A DNA stretch of 61,898 nucleotides from a virus. Below, piece by piece: positions 1 to 9,848 of the stretch (its first letter is position 1; every line of letters starts with the position of its first letter). The notes under the pieces were generated by a model. It was not told where the DNA came from. It saw nothing but the letters and a program-made list of their open reading frames with translations, and did no database searches. Location: positions 129,576-191,473 of the IMG/VR virus record IMGVR_UViG_3300025534_000213; one strand, given 5' to 3'. A program made the translations under genes and the position numbers.

Positions 1-70
1 CTCGATTTCCTCGGCGGTCATGGCCTTGCGTGGTGCGCGGTTCGTCCTACCGCTCATGCTTTGTGCTCCC

Positions 71-1285
71 TCAAGCTGCCTTGGCCTTCTCATCACACAG
101 GGTCACGATGCAGCGGTTCATGACCGTGTTCTTCACACCCCGGAATTCCTCGTGCTTCTGCACGGTGCCGGTGAGGCAGACCTTGTCGCCCTCATTGATG
201 GACTGGTAGCGCGAGGCAAACCAGACGATCACATCGCCCTCCTCGGTCTGGAAGCGATAGATGTGGGTCACCCCGAAATCGGTCTCGCGGCGGAAATAGC
301 CGATCACCGTCGCCTTGAGATTGCGCACCCGCTCGCCGGTCCTGCCGATATGCTGGCTGTCGCGCCGGGCCTCGCGCCGCGCCCGGCGCTCGATCTCCCG
401 TTGGACGTTGCGGGCGTAGGAGCCAACGATGGAGGCCAGCAGGCCGAGAGAGCGGTGCTCGACGAACTGCGCCGCCGCGATGACGCAGATGTTGTGCTCG
501 TACTCGGTCTTGGGCTCTTTTTCCATGAGGCTGTCGGCCCACGCCATCGCCGCCTCGGCCAGCGCCTTGTCCTCCTCGGTCGGCTTCTCGGCCGCTGCGA
601 TCTCGTGGGTGGTCACCGGGTGGAAGTTGCGCCACGCCACGTTCACGGTGGCTTCGAGGTACGGGTTCTCGCGGGCGGCCTTGCGGGAGACCCAGCCGAA
701 ATTGCGAATCGCCCAAGCGACATGAGCGGTGAATTCCCGCACGCTGATGGTGCGGAGGTCCGCGCCGACGATCTGCTCATAGCCCCGCGCACACTCCATC
801 GCGTAGCCGAGCAATTCGGCCATCTTGGCGATCTTGTAGGGGTCGTGGCCGAAGAAGTCCTTGAGGCAGGACTTGCCCACCTGCTTGAATTCGCCGGTTT
901 CCTCGCAGTGCAGCACATAGGTGTCGCGGCGGTAGCGGCGGACCTTGCAGTGGTCGCAATGCGGCGCGGCGGTGCGATAGCTGGCTGGGAGGGTGATGCT
1001 GGTGTTCGGGACGGTGCGGATGATGTTCCCGGTTTCCTGCGAGTGGTCGATGGAGGCGAGGAAGGTCCAACCGTCGATCTTGGGCGCCGAGACCGTGAAC
1101 AGGACCTCGTAGACCCGGTGCTCGTGCCCGTCCGAGAGCGTCTCGGTGTGGTGCCCGAAGATGAACGGCGTGATGGGGTCGCAGCCGATCCGCTCGGCCT
1201 TGCGGCTGAGCTTGGCGCACTCGGCCTCGAACTTGGCGAGATTGACCTCGGGAATCTCGAAGATCGTCCGCTGCTCGTCGTCCAC
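71..1285 (-). CDS. conserved phage protein with CxxC motif and OB-fold-like C-terminus
   Basis: Long ORF; GGAGG SD before GTG at 1285; 'CDHC..RYRRDTY..QVGKSCLKDF' and C-terminal beta-rich 'LTGTVQKHEEFRGVKNTV'. Confidence 0.7.
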   Translation of the reverse strand: MDDEQRTIFEIPEVNLAKFEAECAKLSRKAERIGCDPITPFIFGHHTETLSDGHEHRVYEVLFTVSAPKIDGWTFLASIDHSQETGNIIRTVPNTSITLPASYRTAAPHCDHCKVRRYRRDTYVLHCEETGEFKQVGKSCLKDFFGHDPYKIAKMAELLGYAMECARGYEQIVGADLRTISVREFTAHVAWAIRNFGWVSRKAARENPYLEATVNVAWRNFHPVTTHEIAAAEKPTEEDKALAEAAMAWADSLMEKEPKTEYEHNICVIAAAQFVEHRSLGLLASIVGSYARNVQREIERRARREARRDSQHIGRTGERVRNLKATVIGYFRRETDFGVTHIYRFQTEEGDVIVWFASRYQSINEGDKVCLTGTVQKHEEFRGVKNTVMNRCIVTLCDEKAKAA

Positions 1286-1423
1286 GGTCCCCTCCATCGG
1301 TGATGGACGGTACTCTACCAAAGAACGTGGTGTTAGCAACCAAAAAAAATAGTGGACCACTTTAAGGTGGTGTTCCGCAGCGGATTGTGCTAAAAGCGCG
1401 CTCATTCACGGTGCGGCGGGTGA

Positions 1424-1429
1424 TAAATA
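1424..1429 (+). promoter_or_regulatory. late-promoter-like TAAATA motif
   Basis: AT-rich hexamer recurring upstream of structural genes and tRNAs in a GC-rich sequence; resembles T4 late promoter TATAAATA. Confidence 0.6.
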
Positions 1430-1500
1430 CCCCCACGAAATTGAGCAGGCGGGCTGATTTGGTGAATTCTCTCAAGGTACGCATCAACGCCGCCGGGACC

Positions 1501-2046
1501 ATGGCAAACGAGTTCCGTATCGGCAAATACGGCCCCACCATCCTGCATGGTGAGGAGGAGCCGTCGGACTCGACCGGCAACAGCGGCGACCTCTACATCA
1601 TGCTGGGGGCGACCCCGTCCCTTTTTCAGAAGCGCGGTAATACGTGGGTGCTGACGGCCGACCCGACCTTCGGCTTCGTCCGGCAGGCGGTCACCACGGA
1701 GACGGCCACGATCCTCCCGAAAACCACCTATGTGGGTGTGAATATCTCCGGGCTCCTGCCGACGGGGGATGGAGCCCCGCCCGGCGTCGAGGACAGCCCG
1801 TCCATCACGCCGGTCGTGTACCTGCCGCAGGGCACCCCCGGTAAGCAGTTGATCATCAAGGATGAGGGCGGCAATGCGGCGGACTACCCGATCACGGTTT
1901 CGGCCGTGGGCGGCGCGACGATTGACGGCCAGACCTCGTGGGTCCTCGACATCCAATACGGCTCGCTGCACCTGATCTACGGCGAGACCCAGTGGCACAT
2001 CGTCTCGGGCATCGCCTCCTCGCCCTACAACATGATGCGGGTTTGA
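1501..2046 (+). CDS. putative virion/tail-fibre-related protein
   Basis: MANEFRIGK... with 'GNSGDLYI', 'LPQGTPGKQLIIKDEGGNA..PITV..TIDG..LDIQYGSLHL' module typical of phage fibre proteins; TAAATA upstream. Confidence 0.7.
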   Translation: MANEFRIGKYGPTILHGEEEPSDSTGNSGDLYIMLGATPSLFQKRGNTWVLTADPTFGFVRQAVTTETATILPKTTYVGVNISGLLPTGDGAPPGVEDSPSITPVVYLPQGTPGKQLIIKDEGGNAADYPITVSAVGGATIDGQTSWVLDIQYGSLHLIYGETQWHIVSGIASSPYNMMRV

Positions 2047-2258
2047 GAAACGGACCAAACCCTCAGACTGCCGATGGGCCGCTGCATCCTGCGCTGCACG
2101 AAGCAGCCATGCAACGGCCGCGAACTCACCTTGCCCTTCGTGAGCAGGTGCGTGCCGGGACACTCCCACTGGATGAATACCTGACGCGGTATCCCGGTTG
2201 CCGCGCCGAACACCTCGGCCATATCCGTCCCGCCTTCGCAAAGGCGGTTCTGGGCTGA
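2043..2258 (+). CDS. small hypothetical protein
   Basis: TTG overlapping the upstream stop; 71 codons. Confidence 0.4.
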   Translation: MRNGPNPQTADGPLHPALHEAAMQRPRTHLALREQVRAGTLPLDEYLTRYPGCRAEHLGHIRPAFAKAVLG

Positions 2259-2275
2259 TCCGAGCCGGGTCATCG

Positions 2276-3424
2276 TCACATGGCGAAGGCCCGGAAGCTC
2301 CGGCGGCCGGTCGCCTCGCGGACCAGCTTGGCCTCCGCCATCTCCCGCAACAGCCGCGTCGCCGCCTGCGGCGTCACGCCAAGGCGCCGCCCCAGCGCGG
2401 TCGGCGTCAGGCAGGGCGTCCGGATCGCCGCGTCGATGGCATCGCCCATGCGGGAGCTTCGCCTGCGCTGCCGCAGCATCCCCTCGGCGCGCTGGATGAT
2501 CCCGCCAAGGCGGTCCAACTCCGTCATGGCCGCGCGGGCACCCTCCGCAATCCCCCGCAGGAGCAGGCACCGTGCCTCATCGGTGTCCGCGAAGGGCGCT
2601 TCGAGCCGTCGCATACCCTGCAAGGCGCGGCGGGCGGTCCAGAGCGGCAGGGGCATGGCCCGCAGCCGCCCGGCCCCGGCCACCATCGCCGCCGCCACGA
2701 AACCGGCCCTCAGGTCCCCGCCTTCCCTGTCGTCAAGCTTGCGCCACGCCATCGCGGCATTGATGGCCGACAGCAGGGGAGGGGCCTTGCTGGTGTCGCT
2801 CCTTGCATCGGTCCAGTCCACGAAGGCGATCTCGGCCTCATAGTCGGCCAAGCCCAACGTCTCCATCGCCTTTCCGGCGGCGCTGGCATCGGCCAGCGGC
2901 TTCCATGAGCGGACCTCCGCAAGCCGCCGCAGGGCGCGCGCCAGCCCAAGGCAGAAAGCCACCACCCGGTCCTCCGGGACCGTCGAGGCATCCTCGTTCC
3001 GGGCCTCGGCCAGCGTATTGGGGAGGTTGGCGACCAGCCTGCCGGTGCTGGCCGCCGCCACATAGGACCCGGTGAGCCCGAGGTCGCGCAGGGCGAGGTC
3101 ATGCGGATGCACCCACAGGTCAAGGCTGGCGAGCCACCCGCTGGCCTCGCGGTAGGCCAGCCGGGCCACTGCGCCTTGGCGAACCGCCTCCGGCGCGGTC
3201 ATGGCCGCCGCGTCCATGCGCGACAGGGCGTCCTCGGCCTCGGACAGGTGGTGCAGCAGGTCATCGGAGGAAGAAGGCGCCGGGGGCGCCTTGGCGGGCG
3301 GCGGGCGCGTCAGCGACGACAGCACCGGGCGGAGAGGGCGCCCCGGCGGCTCCGGTTCCTCGTCCTCCCAGACCGGCCGGAACTGCCAGTCCTCCCGGTC
3401 CTCCTCCTCGTCCCAACCCCCCAT
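2276..3424 (-). CDS. DUF1612/RHE_PE00001-like protein with C-terminal HTH
   Basis: N-terminal Fic-like helices 'EAEDALSRMD..RLAYREA'; C-terminal wHTH ending 'REATGRRSFRAF'. Confidence 0.7.
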   Translation of the reverse strand: MGGWDEEEDREDWQFRPVWEDEEPEPPGRPLRPVLSSLTRPPPAKAPPAPSSSDDLLHHLSEAEDALSRMDAAAMTAPEAVRQGAVARLAYREASGWLASLDLWVHPHDLALRDLGLTGSYVAAASTGRLVANLPNTLAEARNEDASTVPEDRVVAFCLGLARALRRLAEVRSWKPLADASAAGKAMETLGLADYEAEIAFVDWTDARSDTSKAPPLLSAINAAMAWRKLDDREGGDLRAGFVAAAMVAGAGRLRAMPLPLWTARRALQGMRRLEAPFADTDEARCLLLRGIAEGARAAMTELDRLGGIIQRAEGMLRQRRRSSRMGDAIDAAIRTPCLTPTALGRRLGVTPQAATRLLREMAEAKLVREATGRRSFRAFAM

Positions 3425-3466
3425 CAGCCCCGCCCCAGCCCAAGGTCCCGGTGGCTAAATAGCAGC

Positions 3467-4060
3467 ATGAGCGGCGGTTTCGACATCCTGACCTATTTCC
3501 ACGACGAGCACCCGGCGGTGCTCGATGAGGTCACGTACCTCGATGAGGTCACGTACAAGGATATACTTCACGCCGTTGACCCGCGCGACCTGCCGCATCG
3601 CGACTATGCGCCGCTGATCCCCTTTGTGAAGTTCGTCGGCTGCCGCAAGGACACGATCAAGTTCTTCGTGCCGAACAAATACAACGGATGGAACACCTAC
3701 ATCCGCTTCGTCGAATGGTACGACGTTCTCAATGATACGAGCCTGAATGCCAATGAAGCGGCGCGACTGCTGCTCTGGTCGGCCAATATCCAAGTCCATT
3801 GTGGCTGCCCGAGCTTCAAGTTTTGGGGCTATCAGTACATTTTAACTCAGCTTTCGGCGTCTATTGTTCCAGAGGTCCGGTATCCGCATATTCGCAACCC
3901 GAACCTGAAAGGCATTGCCTGCAAGCATCTGCGCCGGACCATCAAGGTTTTGCCTTTCCATATCGGCAATATGGCGCGGGCGATCAAGCAACAACGCGAA
4001 GGCGCGCCCGTCGCTCCCGCGTCACCGGCCAACGCCATGGCCGTTCACAGCGACGACTGA
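3467..4060 (+). CDS. SWIM-type zinc-finger phage protein
   Basis: 'VHCGCPSF...RNPNLKGIACKHL'; ATG 5 nt after TAAATA (3456-3461). Confidence 0.75.
   Translation: MSGGFDILTYFHDEHPAVLDEVTYLDEVTYKDILHAVDPRDLPHRDYAPLIPFVKFVGCRKDTIKFFVPNKYNGWNTYIRFVEWYDVLNDTSLNANEAARLLLWSANIQVHCGCPSFKFWGYQYILTQLSASIVPEVRYPHIRNPNLKGIACKHLRRTIKVLPFHIGNMARAIKQQREGAPVAPASPANAMAVHSDD
3521..3556 (+). repeat. 18-bp perfect tandem duplication (LDEVTY x2)
   Basis: ctcgatgaggtcacgtac twice, in frame. Confidence 0.95.
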
Positions 4061-4061
4061 T

Positions 4062-5159
4062 TCAGCACGCGACTGCCGTTTGCACCGCAGGCTCCTGCCG
4101 CACCGCGACCGGTTCGACATTCGGCACCCTCTCGGAGCATTGCACGGGAAAACGCAGGATGCAGGTGGTGCCGCGTTGGTTCGCCCTGATCTCGATGACG
4201 CCCTCAAGCTGGGCCGCCAGCGCCCGGATGATGCGCCCGCCGAGGCCCGAACTCTCGTGCCCCGGATGGCCCACGCCATCATCACTGATCGTCAACACAT
4301 AGTTTGGCCCCTGCCGCTGGAAAGTGGCCGTGATCGTGCCGCTTCGTCCGTCAGGGTAGGCGTGCTTGAGGGCATTGGTGATGACCTCGTTGGCGATGAG
4401 GCCGAGAGCGCCCATCTGCGCGGGCGGCAGCGCGTGCGATTCGGCGTGGAGGACGATGCGGACCGGGCTGCCATCAAGGATACGCGCAAGATCGCTGACA
4501 AGGCCATGCAAGAAAACCCGACTGTCCACAACAACCGACGTATCGGTCATATGCAGCCGGTCATGCACGCGCGCTATGACGTTGATCCGCTCGGCTGCGG
4601 TCAGCAGGGCATTGGCGACATCGGGCGGGGCGCCCGCCGACTGCATCGTCAGCAGGGCCTTGATGCGCGCTATGTCGTTCTTTGTGCGGTGACCGAGTTC
4701 CACCAGTAGCAGGTCCCGCGCCTTCCGGGCCTCCTCGGCCTCCGCCCGCGCCGCGTCGGTTTCGGCGAGGGAGTCTTGCAGGGCCTCGACCACCACCGCC
4801 GTGAAGCATCCCACCAACAGGAAAATGATCACTTGTACGGGCTCGACATGCGCCATATCCACGATGCGCGTGGCGTCGGATGTGACCAGCAGCGCCAGTG
4901 CCGCGCTCAGGATGGTGGCATAGATGCCCGCGCCCCGCGAGAACATCACCGATGCAACGATGATCGCCGGGAATGCCAGCGTGTAGGACATCACGCCGGT
5001 CCCGCCGAACAGGGCATACCGGACTGCATAACAGGCGAGAACGAGGATGGTGGTCAGAGCCGTCCGTACATGTCGGGGATATGCACGGGTGCGTTTCGCA
5101 TACCCAAACACCGCCCTCGCACAGCGGCGGACCACGCGCGTGATCATGACACACCTCAC
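4062..5159 (-). CDS. membrane sensor histidine kinase (HisKA_2/HWE-like, DUF4118-like TM region)
   Basis: 4 TM helices, H-box 'ELGHRTKN', N-box 'NEVITNALKHA', G-boxes 'DDGVG', 'GLG'; start uncertain. Confidence 0.85.
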   Translation of the reverse strand: MRCVMITRVVRRCARAVFGYAKRTRAYPRHVRTALTTILVLACYAVRYALFGGTGVMSYTLAFPAIIVASVMFSRGAGIYATILSAALALLVTSDATRIVDMAHVEPVQVIIFLLVGCFTAVVVEALQDSLAETDAARAEAEEARKARDLLLVELGHRTKNDIARIKALLTMQSAGAPPDVANALLTAAERINVIARVHDRLHMTDTSVVVDSRVFLHGLVSDLARILDGSPVRIVLHAESHALPPAQMGALGLIANEVITNALKHAYPDGRSGTITATFQRQGPNYVLTISDDGVGHPGHESSGLGGRIIRALAAQLEGVIEIRANQRGTTCILRFPVQCSERVPNVEPVAVRQEPAVQTAVAC

Positions 5160-5288
5160 GGTTGTCCGGTGCGGCGGGAATGAATATTTGGCCGACGCGG
5201 GCAGGTCACCTCACCGTAAGCGAATTTACCTCTGATTGCAAGACATATGCGTTTGCAACCGTCAGGTGTAACCGCTCAGTGGCGCCCG

Positions 5289-5615
5289 TCAGGCCGCCAG
5301 CGCCAGCGCCTCCGGCGACAAGCCATTGACCTTGAACTTACGGTTGAAGCGCAGCAAATCATCCGCGCGCTTGAGCAGCAGGCACAGGCCGGAGCCGGTG
5401 GAGAAGGCCATGGGGAGCTTCGGGTAGCCCGGCGCATCCCCGTTGCCAAGGTGCCATTCCCCAGTCGCCTCGTTCAGCAGCCACTCACTCACCGCGCTCT
5501 CGAAATGACAGGCATCCACCGGCCCACGCTTCGCGGTCGGCCATGTGGGCGCACGGAGCGCCCACCAGCCATTATGCCTGCCGAGCAGCTTGAAGGTGAA
5601 CTTGGACTCCTGCAT
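5289..5615 (-). CDS. hypothetical protein
   Basis: 108-aa ORF downstream of tRNA-Thr. Confidence 0.55.
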   Translation of the reverse strand: MQESKFTFKLLGRHNGWWALRAPTWPTAKRGPVDACHFESAVSEWLLNEATGEWHLGNGDAPGYPKLPMAFSTGSGLCLLLKRADDLLRFNRKFKVNGLSPEALALAA

Positions 5616-5712
5616 GGGGGCAGGATAACAGCAACTCGGTTTTGGTCAACCGGAAAATCCAGTCAAGCAATCCGCGTGAAGGATATGACTGCTTGATGCT
5701 GGTCCCCTGAGA

Positions 5713-5788
5713 TGGTGCTGCCGAGAGGGATCGAACCTCCGGCCTTACCCTTACCAAGGGTATGCTCTACCAACTGAGCTACGGCAGC
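5713..5788 (-). tRNA. tRNA-Thr(GGT)
   Basis: Cloverleaf, anticodon arm TACCC-TTGGTAA-GGGTA, CCA end; TAAATA at 5801-5806 upstream. Confidence 0.95.
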
Positions 5789-5958
5789 CCGTGGAAACCT
5801 TATTTAGCTGACCGAATTTCTCCGGTCAATTTGTGCCGACGCCGCCATCTCATGTCGGCTTCACCGGCTTTTTCGGTTTCTCGGCCTCGATGGGCTTCGC
5901 GGTATTGATGGGCTTGATGGCGGCTTTCGGCTTCTTGGGCTTGCGGGGTTTCGCCATT

Positions 5959-6549
5959 TCAAAACCTCCGCTTGCTTCGAGGCACGGGCTTGCCTTGCCA
6001 CTCCAGCAGGAACAGCGTCACATCGGTCACTTCCCGGAACCCGAGGAGGCAGGTCCCCTCGGGCTGGTACCAGCGGGTGTCGTCCCGGCCTTCGTGCGGC
6101 TGCTTCTCCGGCCCGAAAGCCGAGCGGCAGTAATCCACGATGGCGTGCATCTGCCGCCGCGAGATCGCACGTGCGGGATGCAGCACATGCGGCAAGCGGG
6201 GCGCCCGGTTGTAGTTACGCACGGCCTCGACCCAAGTGACCGGTCCGCTATAGTCCATAAGTCTGAGGTGCTCGACGGCATAGTGCCCGTCGCTGCACGG
6301 TATGAGGTTGGCCTGCCGCGCGAGCTTTTGAGCGGCATCGTGCAAGCCCTCAAGGCTGATGGGCACAGCGTATGCATTAAAGTAGTTTTCGAAGAACGTG
6401 TTATAGTAGCCATCGTCAGCCCTGACGCAGCCGATGCATTCCCCATTGGCGAGCACCATCCATTCCTCGCGGATGCCCGGAACGGAGTCGATGGTACAGA
6501 TCACATCATCCCCGAGGTCGATGGTGAACGGAAGATCGATGTCAGCCAT
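5959..6549 (-). CDS. phage hypothetical protein
   Basis: MADIDLPF..., overlaps upstream gene stop; ends with 'F....D...F.L.W' motif shared with paralogs. Confidence 0.6.
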   Translation of the reverse strand: MADIDLPFTIDLGDDVICTIDSVPGIREEWMVLANGECIGCVRADDGYYNTFFENYFNAYAVPISLEGLHDAAQKLARQANLIPCSDGHYAVEHLRLMDYSGPVTWVEAVRNYNRAPRLPHVLHPARAISRRQMHAIVDYCRSAFGPEKQPHEGRDDTRWYQPEGTCLLGFREVTDVTLFLLEWQGKPVPRSKRRF

Positions 6550-6991
6550 GGGCGGCCGCGACGGCGGCGAGCATCTCCTCGGCTTGCCGGACGAACTCCC
6601 GCGTCTCCTCGGCGTGCCAGCAGAAATCACCCTCCCAGTCATGCTCGCGCACATAGGCGAGGGTTTCGGCGGCAGTGCCCCACTTGATGCTGTTGAACAG
6701 GTCCTTGCGGAGTTCCTCGATCTCCTCCTCGGAGGAGCATCCCTGCAACCGGTCGCATCCCGAGCACGACCCCCAGCCGAAGATCAGAATGCCCCAGAAG
6801 TCGCCATGGCGCAGCAGAACGCGGCTGTCGCCCTGATAGTCGTCGTCATCGACCTTGAGCATAACCGTGAACCCCATGCTTTCGATCAGGGGGTTGTAAT
6901 CGGTGATGTTGATGTATGTCCCATCGAGGTCCGCGCCATAGACTTGCCGCAACGGCTTCACGAGAAGTGCGTATTGGGTCTCGTCGAACAT
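6542..6991 (-). CDS. phage hypothetical protein
   Basis: 149 aa; 'DYQGDSRVL...WGSCSGCD' motif. Confidence 0.7.
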   Translation of the reverse strand: MFDETQYALLVKPLRQVYGADLDGTYINITDYNPLIESMGFTVMLKVDDDDYQGDSRVLLRHGDFWGILIFGWGSCSGCDRLQGCSSEEEIEELRKDLFNSIKWGTAAETLAYVREHDWEGDFCWHAEETREFVRQAEEMLAAVAAAHG

Positions 6992-7131
6992 GAAAGGGCC
7001 TTCTCAAAATCGTTCGGAATGATAGCTCAGGCTCATCGAGCCGGTCAACCAACCGAACATGGTTCAAAAACCGGTTTTGCTGCCTCGGGCGGCGATGGGC
7101 GTGGACCTAACAGGCCGCGCACCCGACAGCG

Positions 7132-7398
7132 TCAGAGCGAGTACACCTCCGCCTCGGGATCAAGCCGGATCATGGTGACGAAGTTGATCGCAAGCTGGGT
7201 CGGCCGCAGGATGCGCTCCTTGGTGTCGAAGGTCGCAAACCTGATGCGCGCCAGTCTTTCGCCGATTTCGTCCTCATCGGCCGCGAGACGCGAATAATCT
7301 TGGCGCACGGTATGGTCGAGGATATCAATTTCGATTCGGGAGAAGGCGTAGTGGACACCTTCCACCTCGGCCACCCATATCACGCGGCGTCGTTTCAT
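7132..7398 (-). CDS. hypothetical protein
   Basis: MKRRRVIW..., GAGG SD. Confidence 0.55.
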   Translation of the reverse strand: MKRRRVIWVAEVEGVHYAFSRIEIDILDHTVRQDYSRLAADEDEIGERLARIRFATFDTKERILRPTQLAINFVTMIRLDPEAEVYSL

Positions 7399-7481
7399 GC
7401 GAACCTCAGCACGAAAGCAAGCCGGGTTCCATCGGCGCAGTAATGGAGCCCGACCTTCTGCCTGATCCAATCGGCCATGGC

Positions 7482-8651
7482 TCAGCCCTCCCCGCCCTTG
7501 GCGAACACCGTGTTCATCCGCTCCTCGCTGGGGCGGGCCATCTTCTTGCCGCCTGCCAGCACCACGTCATGGAAGGTGAGGGGGAATTGGGTGAAGGGCC
7601 TCCCGTGGCTGCTGACCTTGAACACCACCGCGTTCCGGAAGGTGAAGCCCGCGCCGTCCGCGAAGGTCACGACGAAAGTCCCCTCAAGGCCGCCGAGCGA
7701 GACGGAGTGCTTGACCGCCTCGCACTTGGTCAAGGCCGCCTGCTTCTCCTTCGCCTCGACGATGGAGACGATCTTGCGGAGATTCTTGGCGACGAATGCA
7801 TCGCGGACCTCCTCGGCGTCCTTGCGGGCAAGGGCGGCGATGATTCGGTCGGCGTCCGGCTTCACTTTCGGGGTGATGCTGCGGCAGTTCTCGCTTTCGT
7901 CCAGCACGGCGTCGAGGAAACGGGCATCCACGCTGATTCCGGTGGCGCGCTGGTCGCGCAGGTATTGGCTCAGCGGATAGATGCGGTTCGGCTTCTCGGA
8001 GACGGCGATCTCCGCCACCTTGGCGTCGCGGAGCCGGACGAAGCGGTCAAGCTCGGCCTGATAGCGCCTGACGAAGGCAGCCACCAGCGCCTCAAACTGC
8101 TCGTTCACCAGCGCGGACAGCATGGCATGGAGCCGCTGGCTGGCCTCGGTGCTGGCGCGGGGAGCAACGAAGCGCGGATTGGCCTCCGCCTTCGGTTGTC
8201 GCTTCACGATCCGGCTCTTGTCCGCCGCGAAGTAGGCGAACGCATCGGCGATAGGGGCGACCTCTGCCACGAACCGGCGCATGGCCTCGACCAGCGGCGC
8301 CACCTCGGGGCAGGCCGGAGCCTTGGCGAGGCGCTTCTGGATCGTCTTGTGCCAGCCATGGATGCCGCCATTGATGAAGGCGGTCTCCCACGCGAAATCC
8401 CGCGCCTCCTCGGACATCTTCTCCCCGGAGAAGCGGGGCTCGACCGGTTCGCGGACCGCCTTCCACGCATCCTCGATGACCCGGCCGAGGACTTCCTTGG
8501 CCTCCTGATAGACCGGATTGGCGATGGACCCGGCCTGCACGCCCGCCTCAAGGACGGCGATCATCTTGGCGATCCGCTCGGCGCGGTAGCCGGAGGGGCG
8601 ACCGGCGACGGGGGCGAACAGGCTCGGAAAGCGGCTGGACATGTCGGCCAT
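7482..8651 (-). CDS. phage hypothetical protein
   Basis: 389-aa ORF with strong GC3 codon bias. Confidence 0.75.
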   Translation of the reverse strand: MADMSSRFPSLFAPVAGRPSGYRAERIAKMIAVLEAGVQAGSIANPVYQEAKEVLGRVIEDAWKAVREPVEPRFSGEKMSEEARDFAWETAFINGGIHGWHKTIQKRLAKAPACPEVAPLVEAMRRFVAEVAPIADAFAYFAADKSRIVKRQPKAEANPRFVAPRASTEASQRLHAMLSALVNEQFEALVAAFVRRYQAELDRFVRLRDAKVAEIAVSEKPNRIYPLSQYLRDQRATGISVDARFLDAVLDESENCRSITPKVKPDADRIIAALARKDAEEVRDAFVAKNLRKIVSIVEAKEKQAALTKCEAVKHSVSLGGLEGTFVVTFADGAGFTFRNAVVFKVSSHGRPFTQFPLTFHDVVLAGGKKMARPSEERMNTVFAKGGEG

Positions 8652-8738
8652 CGGGTTCGCCCTTTGTCAAATCGCGTTCAGTGGGACCAGATTATCCGGT
8701 TCCACCGTTTCGTCAAGTGATTCCGCAAAAATATACGG

Positions 8739-9249
8739 TCAGCCGGGGAAGTCGATCAGTTCCTCCGAGCGGACGAGAGCGTACCCGGCCATCGTCAGCT
8801 TGGTAGCGACCTCATCAGTGATGATGCCGAAGAACCCGCTCCTGACGCGGATGACCGCATTTGCGCCGACGAGAGGGTACGGTACCTCCCTTGGAAAAGG
8901 TTTCGACCTCTTGGCCCCTCCTCCCCCGTGGCGGAAGCATGATCCAGCGGTACGGACACGAACCGGCGCGACCTCGGTAGATAGCCATGCGGGTGACGAG
9001 TTCATGGAGGTCGGATTTGCTGATCCCGAGGCGAACACATAGCCTGCGGCGGCGCAGTGCCTCGTCGAATTTCTCAGGCGAGATGTCGTCTCCCACCATC
9101 AAATGCGCCCGCCGACGGCACGACGGCTTGCCGCGATGGCATGAATCTCATCAACGGAGAGTCGATCATCGATCTTGGAATTGAGCGCCTGAGTTTCATC
9201 GGGCCAGAAAAGTCCCGTGTCGAGGTCGATGATACGCACGGCACTCATG
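8739..9249 (-). pseudogene. probable frameshifted hypothetical gene
   Basis: Protein-like text switches between three frames (MSAVRIIDLD.. / ..DDISPEKF.. / ..EVPYPLVG..). Confidence 0.35.
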
Positions 9250-9307
9250 TCCGTCCCGCCTTGAGCTTTGCGCTAGCTCGCGTCGGAAAGGTTTGCAGCA
9301 GGAACCA

Positions 9308-9562
9308 TCAGTCCGGCTTTTGGTCCTTGGTCGTATCAGGAGAGCGGACAGCGAACACGGCCGTGCGGGCGCCGGTCCGGAACAGTGGCCCCGAGCCGTC
9401 CGCCGCCCGGTATCCGCGTGCGTACTTGCGGAGGATGGTGTCCGGGTGGCCCTTGAAATGGAACAGCCCGCCGACCGGAATGTCCCGGTACAAGGCGTTC
9501 CCCATGTTGAAGGCCACGGCGGCGGCCATGGCCTCCTCGTCGCGCTGGTCGGTGCCTGCCAT
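9308..9562 (-). CDS. hypothetical protein
   Basis: MAGTDQRD..., in operon. Confidence 0.55.
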   Translation of the reverse strand: MAGTDQRDEEAMAAAVAFNMGNALYRDIPVGGLFHFKGHPDTILRKYARGYRAADGSGPLFRTGARTAVFAVRSPDTTKDQKPD

Positions 9563-9566
9563 GGCC

Positions 9567-9845
9567 TCAGCCCTCCTTCGGGAAATAGGCGACCAGTCGG
9601 TCAGCCTTGATACGCCGCTCCCAGACCTGCTTCCGGTCGCTGCGGGGATCACGGTTGCGCAGTTTGAACAGCAGGAATTGCGCGCTGGCCTTCTCGATGC
9701 CGACCACCTCGTAGCCATGGGCGTCGTTGTTCCAGCGCGTCACGTCGCCCGCCACGAACTCGCACGCGGGCTTGGCCGGTGCCGGGCCGATGCCTTGCAG
9801 GTGGATGGTCGGGACGGTTGACCCGTCCCGCTGCCGGATCGTCAT
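9567..9845 (-). CDS. hypothetical protein
   Basis: 92-aa ORF in tight operon. Confidence 0.65.
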   Translation of the reverse strand: MTIRQRDGSTVPTIHLQGIGPAPAKPACEFVAGDVTRWNNDAHGYEVVGIEKASAQFLLFKLRNRDPRSDRKQVWERRIKADRLVAYFPKEG

Positions 9846-9848
9846 GGT

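Noticed and set aside
20-1303. Long antisense ORFs (also 7443-8720, 15784-18195 extension, 34794-36074, 57150-58265)
   Set aside because: Shadow frames of GC3-biased genes on the other strand; no motifs or SD
2074-2184. Cys-rich 36-aa peptide MGRCILRC...
   Set aside because: No SD or modification enzymes nearby; the overlapping frame coupled to the upstream stop is more plausible
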